A stretch of DNA of 64,000 nucleotides, taken from Octopus vulgaris. Its lineage: Eukaryota. The notes under the pieces were generated by a model. It had not been told where the DNA came from. It did not search any database and saw nothing but the letters and a program-made list of their open reading frames with translations. Location: contig OX597816.1 in the NCBI GenBank assembly GCA_951406725.2, positions 87,172,001 through 87,236,000 of the forward strand. Direction: 5' to 3'. Made by a program: the position numbers and the translations under genes. Below are positions 13,665-26,806 of the stretch, in pieces (within the stretch, counting starts at the first letter, position 1; each line of letters begins with the position of its first letter).

Positions 13665-14139
13665 TAGGTACAAGGCCTCAAATTTGGGGGAGGGGATTGC
13701 CGATTATATTGACCCAATACTCAACTGAAACTTATTTTATCGACCCCCGAAAGGATTGAAAAGGAAAGCCTACATCAGCGGAATTTGAACTCTTATCAGA
13801 CAGTTAGTCAGGATGGGTATACTGTGCTTCGTATATTTTACCCCAGTGTCCCTTCAAGGAGTGTAGTCGACCTAAACGATTCCATTTTAGTTCGGTTCGT
13901 CATTTAGTGATGGATATTCTGTCGATGGGTGAAAATAAGATTTTCTCGCAAGATCAGTTGTGTTTTAACCGGTGTTGTTGCCTCAAACACATATATGTAA
14001 ACACATATATGCACTCAAATGCATACATGCGCACATACACACACACACACATGCATATACATGTATACATACATATATGTGCGTGTGTGCGGTATGTGTG
14101 TGTATGTGTGTATGTGCGTATGCGCGTATGTATGTACAC

Positions 14140-15300
14140 ACACCAGGGTTCTGCCGAAATTAATACAAAAGAAGGATAATCTTTTCATTAAATGACAGAG
14201 ATCGTTCAAATTGCATGTTTTGATAGAGTAACACTTCGCCTATATTACCTATTCTTTGTTGTAGGCAAATGATGGGTTCTAAGCAGAAGCAACGTTTTGT
14301 CATCGAATTCTTGGACGAAGGAAGAGTATCAGCTCTGACATTTACACAAAGCTGCAGTCTGTTTGCAAAAATGACACCATTGACTGTAGCAATGTTTACA
14401 GATGTTTACAAATAGGCGTAGGAGTGGCTGTGTGGTAAGTAGCTTGCTTACGAAGCATATGGTTACGGGTTCAGTCCCACTGCGTGGCACCTTGGGCCAA
14501 CTAAAGCCTTGAATGGATTTGGTAGACGGAAACTGAATGAAGCCCGTCGTATATGTATGTGTGTGTATGTGTTTGTATGCCTGTGATCCCCCCCTCCCAA
14601 CATCGCTTGACAACCGATGCTGGTGTGTTTACGTGTCCGTAACTTAGCGGTTCGACAAAAGAGACCGATAGAGTAAGTACTAGGCTTACAAAGAATAAGT
14701 CCTGGGGTCGATTTGCTCGACTAAAGGCCTTGCTCCAGCATGGCTGCAGACAAATGACTGAAACAAGTAAAAGAGTAAATGGGCGAAGAAGTATTGAGAT
14801 GGAAAATCAGCTTTGAAAACAAGTATACATCGGAAGACTATGAACTGTGATCACTGAAATGAATTGTCACCATGTGGACGAACTAATTTGAGTGGACGGA
14901 CTAGTCACAATCCGATTTTGATGTCCAGTTTGTCTGTGAACACAATGCACTACAAATTTGGCTAAATTATGTGCAAATGGGTACTTTGACATTTGACAGC
15001 CTGTTTGAAGAGTTGGGTAAAAGGTAAACTCGATCTATTGGAATCGTTTGAAGTGAAGGAAAATGCGACTTTGAACAATCTGAGGATCGAGGGTGAATAG
15101 GAGCCATATGTTTACGATCGGAAAACAAACGCTCAGCTCGTGGAATGGCGTCACAATTCTTCTCCAAAGTTTAACAATGTCAAGAGCCAAAGATCAAAAG
15201 TCTCAGAACATCAAAGCGTTTGTCATTTTCTGAAATGTAGTTTTACGGTGAACAATAAGTGGGACATTCTTGTCAAAGAACAATAAATATGTGATCTAAA
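14140..15300 (+). mobile_element. Highly degraded mariner remnant interrupted by a SINE
   Basis: Fragments KQRFVIEFL, DIYTKLQSVCKNDTIDCSNVYR, VDELI and YDRKTNAQLVEWRHNSSPK resemble the mariner HTH and the YDPETKxQSxEWRH motif. Boundaries are approximate. Confidence 0.65.
14413..14778 (+). mobile_element. tRNA-derived SINE with internal microsatellite and LINE-derived tail
   Basis: Head GGCGTAGGAGTGGCTGTGTGGTAAG..GGGTTCAGTCCC; tail TGCTCCAGCATGGCTGCAG..TGACTGAAACAAGTAAAAGAG. Further partial copies at about 9048-9200, 21010-21185, 24915-25310, 26822-26983, 33385-33590, 34696-34775 and 57930-58095. Confidence 0.9.
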
Positions 15301-15431
15301 AAAACTATTGACTAATCCTTGAGTAAAATGCAAAATTGTTTTTATAACTCGACATAAAAACAAACATTACTATTCATAAGATATATATATATATCTTTGA
15401 TTTGCCTAATAGTGGTTTTATCTCTAATTTA

Positions 15432-15474
<43 letters not shown>

Positions 15475-15901
15475 ATATATATTCAATATATATTTTGATA
15501 TATTTCATATACATTGCATATATATGCAATGTATATAAATATATATCAAAAATATATATTGAATATATATTAAATATGTTTATAATCCAGAAACATGATG
15601 TTCACAGATAACCGCCAGACTTCGTATTCGTTATCTATTCCTTCTGTTTTGCATATGTGAATTACAGGGTCTGTCATGCCCGGAGTCCAACTTTGATAGA
15701 AATAAGCATCCTTGACTGCTATTTCTATTTTTTCGGTATGCGGTCAAGCAACCTGTTTCGCCTGTCCCTTTTTCTTATATACAATATATATACTGAACTT
15801 TACAGAAGTTCCTGCCGGTAATCGGCTATATTTACATACCGAATTCTACCAGTAAATAATTGGGGTTTTTTTAAAGGCCTTTATAGAAATTATTTACTTT
15901 T

Positions 15902-15984
<83 letters not shown>

Positions 15985-16008
15985 AGGAAATATATATATA
16001 TGTATATA

Positions 16009-16066
<58 letters not shown>

Positions 16067-16563
16067 TACATACATAAATGTCTGGTAGTGTGTTGCGTAC
16101 CGTTACTTGATAAATTTTAAAAATTCATTGTAAATAAACAACAGATAAAATGGTATACGTTTAAGACACACCGGATCGCTAATTCTTTATCAGCTATCAA
16201 CCAGAATGGTTAAAGGTGCGAAACTGAGTATTACCATTCTGGTTGATAACTAATGAAGAATTAGAAAGCTTCTGTGTCTTATACATATACGTTTTTTATC
16301 TGTTATTTATTTGCAATGCATCTGTGTGTGTGTGTATGTGTGTGTGTGTGTGTGTGTCTGTGTGTGTGTGTGTGTGTGTGTGTAATATGTTATATTATAT
16401 TATATTTGGTTTAGGCATTGTAAGACTCATAACCTGATTATTAGTCAATATATGAGTCGATAGAACTCACTGAACGTATGTTTCAAAATAAAGTATTACA
16501 TGAGCGGTAGTAAGAAAAAGAGATGACACGGGAAAAAGAAAGGTTATGTTATATTTTTCATTA

Positions 16564-16635
16564 GCTTACATCTGTTTCTGCTATAAGTTGTAGTGAACTA
16601 AGTACCTGGATAACATCCTATAGCTTCATCGGAGC
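16564..16635 (-). ncRNA. Type I hammerhead-like motif with a core substitution
   Basis: Minus strand GCT-CCGATGA-a-GCTATA..TATAGC-a-GAAACAGATGTA-AGC. Stems I, II and III can form, but core U4 is C. Confidence 0.55.
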
Positions 16636-17044
16636 CTCAAATATGATGTGCAATTTATTTGGGATAAAAAGAATTACATTTTTTGGAATTTACATTAGTG
16701 TCGACGAGCAGATAAATATCTACATATATATATATATAATGCATGTGTTGCCACTTGACATCAGTTGGTTCAACAAACTCAGCTTATACCTCTCTACATC
16801 GTAGTTCAATATGATTTTTCAGTTTTCAGATTAAGTCCTTGTACGGGCACAGAAATAAAGAACAGTAAAGATAACCACATTGTCATGAGAATGAACTTCT
16901 CAAAGACTCTTACAGAAGAGCAATTTCGTTTTGGGTCTCATAAACACAATGTAATTTCTTTGCAGTGCAAAAAATATGCTTCGTAAGAAAGTTTGCCGTT
17001 TCGCTTCAATCCATGTCTATATGCATGCATGTATGTATATATGC

Positions 17045-17102
<58 letters not shown>

Positions 17103-17419
17103 TGTATGTATGTATATACATGTGGTGTTGTATGTATGCGTGCGTATGTATGCATATGTACATATTTACATATATGTGCGTGTGTGTGTATGTATATATG
17201 TATATTCATATATATATATATGTGTATATATGTAAATATCCATACATATACACACATATGCTTGTACGTATGTATGTATGTATGTACGCACGTACGTATG
17301 TATTTATGTATGTGTGTATGTATGTATGTATGTATGTATGCATGCATGTATGTATGTACTAAAAGCTATAAATGACATGGGCAACTGTCTTTCTTGAAAT
17401 ACGTATATTAGTATTTTAT

Positions 17420-18300
17420 TTTCTTTATATTTTCGTTTTTCTCCAATCCAGAGGAAAGAGCAACAATATCCAATAATCAAGGGAGAATATCTTATGAAAC
17501 GAGCAATTAAGTCAAGCAATAAGGAAGGTACAAACGATTTAGCTTTAAGAAATAAACTGTGAAGAGATATTGTAGAAGAGGGAGAAAACCTGTTGAGGGA
17601 TTTCATTTGTTTATTAGAAAAGCATGCACGATAAAAATTAATCCTTGAGGAAATCGAACCAACGCAGAAACTGCGTGAATATAAATGAATAAAGAACTTC
17701 AATACTATGTCGATATATACAACAATACCTCGAATCAATTGAATACCATAAATTATATAATTGGCGTGAAGGGAAATTAAGAAATAAAATAACATCTTGC
17801 ATGTTAGCAAATGAAATGAAACGACACAGGAATACATGTCAAACACACAATAACGTAGTGTCAACGATTTAGGGATTGCTACTGAATATAAAACTGGTAA
17901 ACAGTCAAGGAGCTTACTAGCAAGTAGAAGTCGCTTTGTGATTTAGAGTCTACGAAAAGAGTTTGAGAGAAAAATGCAAATCTTCAAAGCTTAGAGAGTA
18001 GATCCTTGCTTACTCATAATACTGACTGTAATAGTGGGTGGGGGGACAGGAATACTAAACAATTAAATGGTTAGAGACAAGCGATAAAGTTATAAATTAT
18101 CGAATTGAGAGTGTGTGAGAAGAGAAGTTTGCACAGCACCAAAAGTGGAGTTGAAATGTTTGGAAATTAAGGTAAAAATTATACTGAAACTTTATTATCA
18201 AAAGAAAAGATATTGATATCGAAAACTATCGAGAAAGCGAAGAAAGTATTGATCTGCAACAAGTATGTTGATGTCCACAATAAAACCTACACCACATAAC
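17420..18300 (-). mobile_element. Possible ancient Penelope-like RT remnant
   Basis: Weak resemblance only: LRYCVFD..YFLISLHA..IVVYIDI compared with the PLE RT pattern RYIDD..FLNSLHP..I.FLDI. Confidence 0.25.
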
Positions 18301-18809
18301 TGGTGAATTTTGCTGTATATTATAGAGTATTTTCAGATCAACCTAGATTTTAAAACAGTATCAGACCAGTTTATCTCATTCCTAAGTCGGAAGGCTCAAT
18401 TATTGTAACGATTAGTCCATCACTTGCCTCAAAATCTCAAATAATACCCGGGTGGTAGTGAAATACAAGAAGTACAATAGAAATCGTCAACATTTTCTTT
18501 ACATTTCAGCAAGTAATTTATGCTACATTCTCTGCAAGACACAGATAAGCAATCCCTGAGAAGTGATTAATGAAAGACGAAACGAGTCGGTTCGATTTCT
18601 ATTCCAGAGTACTTAAAACTTTATGCTTTAATCATGAAGGTTCACTTTTTCCATGTCTCCCAATGCATAAAAAAATATGACCATATATGAATATTCATTT
18701 TTAACTTGCATTATATCAATACTCAGATTATCACTATTTCGGAGCTACCATATATTTCAGCAGACAAATGTTCTGCACCTGAAAATTTCCTTGTAGTATA
18801 CTGGTCGGG

Positions 18810-19125
18810 GTGGAGGCGCAATAGCCCATTGGTTAGGGCAGCGGACTCACGGTCGGAGGATCGCGGTTTCGATTCCCAGACCGGGCGTTATGTGTATTTA
18901 TTGAGCGAAAACACCTAAAAGCTCCACAAGGCTCCGGCAGGGGTTGGTGGCGACCCCTGTTGTACTCTTTCGCCACAACTTTCTCTCACTCTCTCTTCCT
19001 GTTTCTTGAGTAACGCTGCGATGGACTGGCGTCCCGTTCAGCTGCGGGGAACACATGCGCCACAGAAACCGGGAAACTGGGCCCATGAGCCTGGCTAGTC
19101 TTGAAAAGGGTGACATTTATCCTTT
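18810..19125 (+). mobile_element. tRNA-derived SINE (tRNA-Arg-like head, octopus OR-type) with 13-bp TSD
   Basis: Head GTGGAGGCGCAATAGCCCATTGGTTAGGGCAGCGGAC..GGTTTCGATTCCC; TSD TATACTGGYCGGG at 18797-18809 and 19126-19138. Confidence 0.88.
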
Positions 19126-20095
19126 TATACTGGCCGGGACGCGAATTTTTTTCCCCACGAGAGTTCCAAATCCCAGTTATAAACTCATTTGCATACAACC
19201 AATCAGAGCTCAACTATCAAACTAAGTTATGAGCGCATAACAAGTGATGGGCGATAAGAAAAGGTCATTTGGGTAAGGAATGACCATGCTTCTTTTCTTT
19301 TTGATATTGCTTGTGTTCTTGTTCTTGTTTCAACCTTAGCTGAGTAGTTATTTGTGTTGTTTACTTTCTAAAACAGTAAGGGGAGAGTGTTGCTAGCACA
19401 TCTCCCTCTACCCATATTTTTCCCATCCATATCTTTACCATACGGGGCCCTAACAAAATCCGATAATAGGCATAGATGCAAAATTATCTAATTACTAGTC
19501 TGCTTCTAAAATCAGGTATAACTTGGCGATCGGTCGACTTACAACACTGTTCATCATCTTGAGTTTACTTGATAGAGTGTGTTTGTTAATTTGACAATAA
19601 GGTCAAGGTGAGCTCTGATTGGGTGTCGAGAAATGAGTTCATTACTGGGGTCCAGAACTGACGTGAGAAAAAAAATTTCGCGGCTGTGACAATCGTTTTC
19701 ATGGAAATTCAAGAGTTGCTCATGAGCGCAACTTTTCACTCACTGTCATATAGCTGGTTTCTAGAAATAAGTTGAACCAAAGGAGCTTGGTATCAATGTC
19801 ACTGCAGTTGTAAGAACATAAAGAACCTGGATATATACGGCAGAGCATCTCATTCGATACTTTATAATTTTTCCGATCAATCATTCAGAACCAGTACATT
19901 ATTTATCGACACTGAAGGGTAAAGTTGACCTCTGCGCGATTTAACCTCAAAGTTGAGAAAACTGCAGCATGCAATACTGGTGATTCTATCCCACACTGTA
20001 ACAACTCTGCCGATTCGCTGGCAACTTATAGCTATAAAGCTAACAGGCTGATGACATCGGAACACATTGTTTAGTATTTGACATGATAGATAACT

Positions 20096-20198
20096 CGATA
20101 AAATATACAAATACACATTCACATACACACGCATATACATACACAGATACGTAAAATATATAGCATACGTATGTGTGTGTATAGATTTACACACACAC

Positions 20199-20291
<93 letters not shown>

Positions 20292-20391
20292 TACATACAT
20301 ATATTTTATATATATATATATGCTATATATTTTACGTATCTGTGTATGTATATGCGTGTGTATGTGAATGTATGTTTGTATATTGTATCAA
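20096..20391. repeat. About 72-bp inverted repeat around a (TA)n tract
   Basis: 20096-20167 is a near-perfect reverse complement of 20319-20391. Confidence 0.9.
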
Positions 20392-20433
<42 letters not shown>

Positions 20434-22487
20434 ACGTGAATTGCAACGGAAACCAGTTTATGAATTAACCTAAGAAAGACCAGAAGCTCACCAATACCAG
20501 TATATGAGTATATTGCTGAAACGGAACGACATAATACGTTGTTTTAACTAGAATAAACATAAGGGTTGCTTTTATTCTCAATTGGAAACACGCACTTCCA
20601 GAATGTAAATATTTGTTCATTTCTAACCGTGGGAGTACATTGTTTGAAAGACATGAAGTAATAAGAAATACGCCCGTAATGATAAAGATACAGCAAGAAT
20701 AATATATGTTGAGTAATTAAATCATAATAGATAATTGTACGTATGCTTATGCATATATACGTGTGTATGAATGTATGTATGTATATGTGTGTGTGCATAT
20801 TTGTATATATATAAATATATATATATATAAGGACATATAAACGCACAAGAGAACTTTAAGCATATATATATATATATATACATAAGTATATATATGCATA
20901 TCTGTGTGTGTGTGTCCGCGTGTGTGTATGTACGAGGGGAAGTCAAAGATAATCCGCACTTTCGCTATAATATATCTTTCTTATCGTCACACAGCCTTCT
21001 GCGCTGATCGAAGTGTGGTGTGTTTATGTCCCGGTAACTTAGCGGTTCGGAAAAGGAGACCGATAGAATAAGTGCTAGGCTTGCAAAGAATAAATCCTGG
21101 GGTCGATCTGTTCGACTAAAAACAATGCTCTAGCATGGCTGCAGTCAAATAACTGAAGCAAGTAAAAGAATTAAAGAATAAAGGAATATATGTTCATATG
21201 TGTGTGTGTGTGTGTGTGTGTGTACACACATATATCTATAAACACACACACACACACATATATTTATATATGCGGGTGTATATGTGTATGTTTACGTGTA
21301 TGTGTATAAATATATACGTGCATGTATGGATATATGGATGCATGTAAATATAGCAGATTACAAAAGCTGTTTCTCAGTTTAGTCAGAGATCCCGATGAAA
21401 TTAAATATTTACAGTTACAGAATATCATTAAGAGCCAATGACTTAAAATACTCTAACAGAAATCTTTGTTGGTAGCAACAGTATATAATAGATCTGTTTT
21501 CTCAGTTGTATGTCTCAATTGAAGAATCTCCAGTATATCCTCAGATACAGGCATATTCATCTGTACCGCACTCCACCACAACAATGATTTAGCGTAGAGT
21601 TGCTTTACCTTAGCTAAATTTATGAGGAGGGTTAAATAACTAGATATAATCCTCCGTTTAATCTATATCTCCTTAGGAACACTGTCATGAACTTTCTGCC
21701 TCTTACCTGGCTACACATTCCAAGCCCGCGTAAATACTACAAGTTTTGAATTCACCTAATGTTAGGCTTAGCTACTCTTGCCTAGATATTAACGATTCCA
21801 AAACTATGCACTACAGCAGAAAAACCAGCGATATACAGAGCGATTATCAGAGTGTCTGATATTATCAGTGGAATGACATGGAATTTACACCAAATTACTT
21901 GAAGACAATAATTCTGCATATTAACTGTTTCAAATCTGGGGTCTGGGGAAACTTTCTTGTTTAGCTTGACTCATTGGAACTAAGAAAAATTACATGTTCA
22001 TTATATCACATCTCACTGAGGCACCCGCTTAATTTATTGCCCATGTCTTCATATAGAAAACCCACTGCAACAGCTTGCTCTATTCCTTAATCATAAACTG
22101 AAATGTCGTAACGTTACCACAACGGACCTTTTCTCTTTCAGCTACTTTTAAGCTATCAGCTAATTTCAAATTATAAATTTTAACATTTAAAAACAAAAAC
22201 AAACAAGTCACCATCTATATATGTCGACAGAAGTATCTCTCATTCAACAATAGTCACAGGCTTATGATTCCAACTCGTAGAGTTATGTTTAAGATCAGCC
22301 AAACTTATCAAGAAATGGTAACTTTACTTATTCAAAAGCTGTGACCGCCGAATCCTTCGATACTGTAGCTACCGAACAAGCAAACATTATTTTTCCGGCT
22401 GTGCAATTTTAGTAACGCAAATCTGAATTATGTTAAATAAGTTCTTGTGTGTAGTACGCATGCCATATATGTACGTATGTATGTATG

Positions 22488-22521
<34 letters not shown>

Positions 22522-23400
22522 TGTATGTATGTATGTATGTATGTATGTATGTATGTGTGCATGTATGTATGTGTGCATAATTTTATATAAATAAATAATG
22601 TATATTTCTACACATTTTTCAATGCTGAAGCATTTTCTTAAAGGCGCAGGAGGTAAAATATTCATCGAATTACGTAATAGATATGAAAGGAAATGACATG
22701 TGTGCGAGCGTATATATGTGTATGTAAGCTTGGGCATATTTTTGTGTATATGTAAGCAAGCATATACACGTGTCTGTATGTATATGCTTTTGTGAGGGAG
22801 CGTGTGCATAAATATGCATACTTATGAATATATACACTTACAAAATTATTATTTATACACTTTTATATACCCTTTTTCTATGTGGATATATTTAAATATT
22901 TTCTTTGAATTATCTTTGTGGCTGTTTCCCTATTTTCCTTCCTGTGGGTATTCTACCATTTACAGTTGCAATTATAAGTCTTTTTCCCTTTTGACTTTGC
23001 AATTTCCTTAACTGAAAATGAGGCAATTCCTGCCATTAATCTAACATTACATTTTTGAATGAATATTTCATATTAAGGTTGATTTCTTTTACGAATTTTT
23101 TTATTATTATTTTTTTGAAAATTTATCACGTATATAAAGCAACGTATATCTGATATCCCGTGCTTTGAGAAAAAGCTTTAAATCATTTGTACAACCATAA
23201 AATGTTTATTCGAGTAAAATTGTGTTAACTCTAATCTTCCTTGCATTGGGGCCATTTTTTTTTACTTTTCTTGGTGGTGAGGGATGCAACTCGCGAAATA
23301 ATTGTAATATACGTGTGCGCATATATGGGTAGGATAGATGTAGATATACAAGTGTGTATATCTTTATAGATACTTGTGCATATATAGATACATGTGCATA

Positions 23401-23470
<70 letters not shown>

Positions 23471-23481
<11 letters not shown>

Positions 23482-24125
23482 GCATCCTTTTTGTCTCGGG
23501 AGACAATGGAGCTGCGCATAAAATAATCTACACCGGCTTTTACATTTCATGTCCTAATACATCTGCTGTGGCTGTGTAGTCCTATCCTGGATAAACACTC
23601 CCTCTGGCAGGTGCCGCAAATGTAGCGAACATTTTGCCTGGCTGGTTGCAATGTCATAGTTTCTTGTTGACGTCTTTTCTTGTCTTTCCATTTCTCCTCT
23701 CTCCCTATGTCACTCCTTTGTGTTCCCTCTTTTACAGTACGTCGCCAATCTCCACGGTTGCTGGCAGCTGCTTCCCAGTTGCTAATATTGATGCCGCAGG
23801 CCTTCATGGTGCTTTTGCAAACATACTTGTATCGTAAGAACGGTCTTCCCACAGATCTAGTGCCCCTAGCAAGCTCTACGTAGAGTATGTCCTTGGGGAT
23901 TCTGCCATCTTCCATGCGGCTAACAAGTCCAAGCCATCTCATACGTCTTTGTGTGAGGAGTGCACATATGCTTGGTATTCCTGCTTGCTTGAGGACATCT
24001 TTGTTGGGGACATGATTCTGCCATTTGATGCGAAGGATATTCCGGAGGCAGCGCAGGTGAAAGATATTTAGGCGAAGGCTCTTGGCGTGTGTATGGCGGC
24101 CAAATCTCACTTTCATACGTCATGT
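23471..24125 (-). mobile_element. 5'-truncated RTE-clade LINE (RT C-terminal region and C2H2 finger)
   Basis: ORF 23547-24116: RLNIFHLRCLRNILRIKWQ..RRMRWLGLVSRMEDGRIPKDILY..GRPFLRYK..CGTC..GLHSH. Short 3'UTR ending in (CAA)n next to (TA)n. Confidence 0.93.
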
Positions 24126-24420
24126 TCTTGTCACTTGTTTTACCCCTCTGCAAAAGAATTTTATTTAATTCCTTTTGCAGGAAGTACTGCTTCGGCCTGG
24201 CCGTGTTCTGCCCTTACCTTCGAAACACGCATTGAGTCGAACCAGGGGCAGCTGATGAAGGGGAATTTTCCTTGTATTGTTTGTCCTATACTCTGTTTTT
24301 TCGTTGTTTTAAAAAAAGTATGTTTCCTTGTTTTTTAGTTGTTAAAAAAAGTCCGTTTCCTTGTTTGATTTTATGTTTTCGTCTCTCGTTGTGTTCTACG
24401 TTTATTTGTGGTGTCCTGTA

Positions 24421-24424
<4 letters not shown>
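24126..24424 (+). mobile_element. About 300-bp structured non-coding element (pLTR/retrozyme-like)
   Basis: Hairpin CTGCAAAAG..CTTTTGCAG, then hammerhead core segments, then a T-rich tail ending in (TA)n. Same architecture as the other pLTR-like elements in the window. Confidence 0.6.
24202..24263 (+). ncRNA. Candidate non-circularly permuted hammerhead ribozyme
   Basis: CGTGT-T-CTGCCCTT-a-CCTTC-GAA-ACACG ... AGGGGCAG-CTGATGA-a-GGGG. Stem III is 5 bp, stem I is 8 bp, stem II is weak, and the core is intact with a GUU triplet. Confidence 0.6.
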
Positions 24425-24493
<69 letters not shown>

Positions 24494-24649
24494 GCATGTA
24501 TATATATACATGTAGATGTATGTATGCATATACTTTATTTATTTATTATATTATTATATGACCGAACGCACGCGTTATTTCTCTTCTCCAAGCAAGTTTA
24601 TATATAATGTTTATATATATATATATAAACATATATATGCGTGCACTAA

Positions 24650-24855
24650 AACGTGGTTCTCAAGAGGATTCACACAGAATGTGACAAGGTTGACCCATTG
24701 AAACACTGGTACTAATCATTCTTTTCAGCTCAGTGTATTGGAGCAACGAGAAATTAAGTGTCTTGCTCAAGGACTCAACGCATCGCTAGGAAGCGAACTT
24801 ACGACCTTATGATCATAAACCGAGTACCCTAACCACTAAGCCACATACCCTCACT
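24650..24855 (-). mobile_element. Older tRNA-derived SINE with CORE-like domain
   Basis: Minus strand GTGGCTTAGTGGTTAGGG..GTAAGTTCGCTTCC followed by GTCCTTGAGCAAGACACTTAATTTC. Confidence 0.7.
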
Positions 24856-24859
24856 ATTT

Positions 24860-24903
<44 letters not shown>

Positions 24904-25148
24904 ACACATATCCTTTTATATCTGTGTCAGTCATTTGACTGCGGCCATGCTGGTGCACCGCCTTTAGTCGTGCAAATCCACCTCAGGACTTATTCTTTGT
25001 AAGCTTAGTACTTATTCTATTGGTCACTTTTGCCGAAACACTAGATTACGGGGACGTAAGCACACCAGCATCTGTTGTCAAGCGATGGTGGGGACAAGCA
25101 TAGACACACAAACATATACACACATACATACATATATACACACATACA

Positions 25149-25189
<41 letters not shown>

Positions 25190-25920
25190 CGGGCTTGTTT
25201 CAGTTTCCGTTTACCAAATCCACTCACAAGACTTTGGTCAACCCGGGGCTATAGTAGAGGACACTTGCCCAGCATGGCCGCAGTCTGATGACTGAAACAA
25301 GTAAAACATAAAAAAATACATTAATATTGATTTCAAATTTTGGCACAATACCAGCAATTTCAGGGTAGCGGGTGAGTCGATTGCATCAGCCTCAGTACTT
25401 GACTGGTACTTATTTTATCGAACTCGAAAGAACGAACGGCAAAGCCTTAAGATATATTAATATCAACATGCAAACATACATGCATATATAAGTTTATATA
25501 CACAGGAAACTCTATTTCTTAACACACCTACATTCATAACGGAAATAATCGTCTGACTTTCTCTTGCAATAGCAATGCGATATCAGTATATGATAACAAC
25601 TAGACGATATAAAAGGCACTTTCGATAATCCCAAAGCTGACAATCCTTCCAGCCTAATCGCATAATCCTTTAAAACTGTCTATTTGTATGTACTCACAAA
25701 TGTTTATAAATGTAGACGTTATGCTTCTGTGTATCTATTTATACATATATGCTTGTATAAGTGTGAATATATACGTATTTCAGTGCATATATGCATATAA
25801 ATATACACATACATATATACCACCGTATACATATATATGTGTGCGCGTGTATACTTTTAAATATGTATAATATATGTATATGTAAGTATGTATATACATA
25901 CATATATATATATTTATGTA

Positions 25921-25969
<49 letters not shown>

Positions 25970-25971
<2 letters not shown>

Positions 25972-26179
25972 TTCAAAATGTGACCGCGTGTGTATCGTTG
26001 GCGATTTTTTCCTCTGTCTTCCCTTCCTTGGACTTTTCCTTTCCTCTATATTTCTGACGAAGAGCTCCGCTCGAAACGTTAAATCCTCCTTCTTTCTTTC
26101 CTTTCTTGAGCGTCCAATAACACTATACGTGTTCCACGTCCACGCGTTGTTGTTTTTTTCTTTGTGTTTTCATGTTTGG

Positions 26180-26183
<4 letters not shown>
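25970..26183 (+). mobile_element. About 210-bp Penelope-pLTR-like element embedded in (TA)n
   Basis: (TA)n on both sides; contains a minimal hammerhead; homologous copies at 27022-27232 (+) and 12527-12724 (-). Confidence 0.8.
26050..26084 (+). ncRNA. Minimal type I hammerhead ribozyme (Penelope type)
   Basis: ATTT-CTGACGA-a-GAGC-tcc-GCTC-GAAACGTT-AAAT: intact core, 4-bp stems I and II, and a palindromic AACGTT stem III typical of dimerising PLE hammerheads. Confidence 0.8.
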
Positions 26184-26235
<52 letters not shown>

Positions 26236-26806
26236 AGGGTAATAAAGAGTTTAGAAATTATTACTACCAGTGGCCTAGCGTATAGAAAAATTAGTCAATA
26301 GACTATATATTATTCATATAAAATACAGTGTACATTTAAATACATTAAGAGGTATCCATCATAGTACTCCCTTACGCTAGAAGGAACAGCTAAAGTCCAA
26401 ACCACTAATTAGGGATAAATTCTCTGAATTATAAGCTAGTTATTGAGGTCGGTTACTGACGAGAATTCGCCTGGCGGATAATATTGTTTTGCTAAATTAC
26501 CTATTAAAGAATGGCAAATAATCTTATTTGCTAAAGACATTCGCAACCATGGTAATAAAAATAAACCACCGCTAATAAAAATAACAAGGTAAAAGTTTTT
26601 ATTTTTCATTTACTTCGAAAATTGTTATTAAATCGTGGTTTTGGCCGTGTTGGCTGCTATTTCTAGCATGTAGAAATTACCTGTTAAAGGGTAGTTTCTT
26701 TTGTGTTTAAATGTACACTATTTTAAAATATGAATATGTTGTCTATTGACTATTTATACATGCTTTCCCACTGGTGGTGATATTTATAACGAATATTCGC
26801 TACCCT
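26236..26806. mobile_element. Foldback/MITE-like element with long imperfect TIRs
   Basis: AGGGTA..ACCAGTGG..TAGTCAATAGAC..AGTGTACATTTAAA is mirrored at the right end over more than 100 bp. A solo terminal fragment lies at about 34550-34630. Confidence 0.75.

Noticed and set aside
18810-18890. Functional tRNA genes at SINE heads
   Set aside because: The heads continue into SINE bodies with TSDs and lack complete cloverleaves.
20930-20970. TACGAGGGG mariner-like TIR start
   Set aside because: No matching right TIR or transposase sequence nearby; at most a tiny remnant.
21480-22400. Possible ancient Penelope remnant (SYRKP-like and YVD-like fragments)
   Set aside because: The similarity is too weak to support by eye.
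24217-24263. Ordinary type II hammerhead using the GTC at 24236-24238
   Set aside because: No stem I or III pairing forms around that GTC, whereas the upstream GUU gives 5-bp and 8-bp helices.
26456-26465. Isolated CTGACGAG (also at about 4791)
   Set aside because: No correctly placed GAAA or stems were found.
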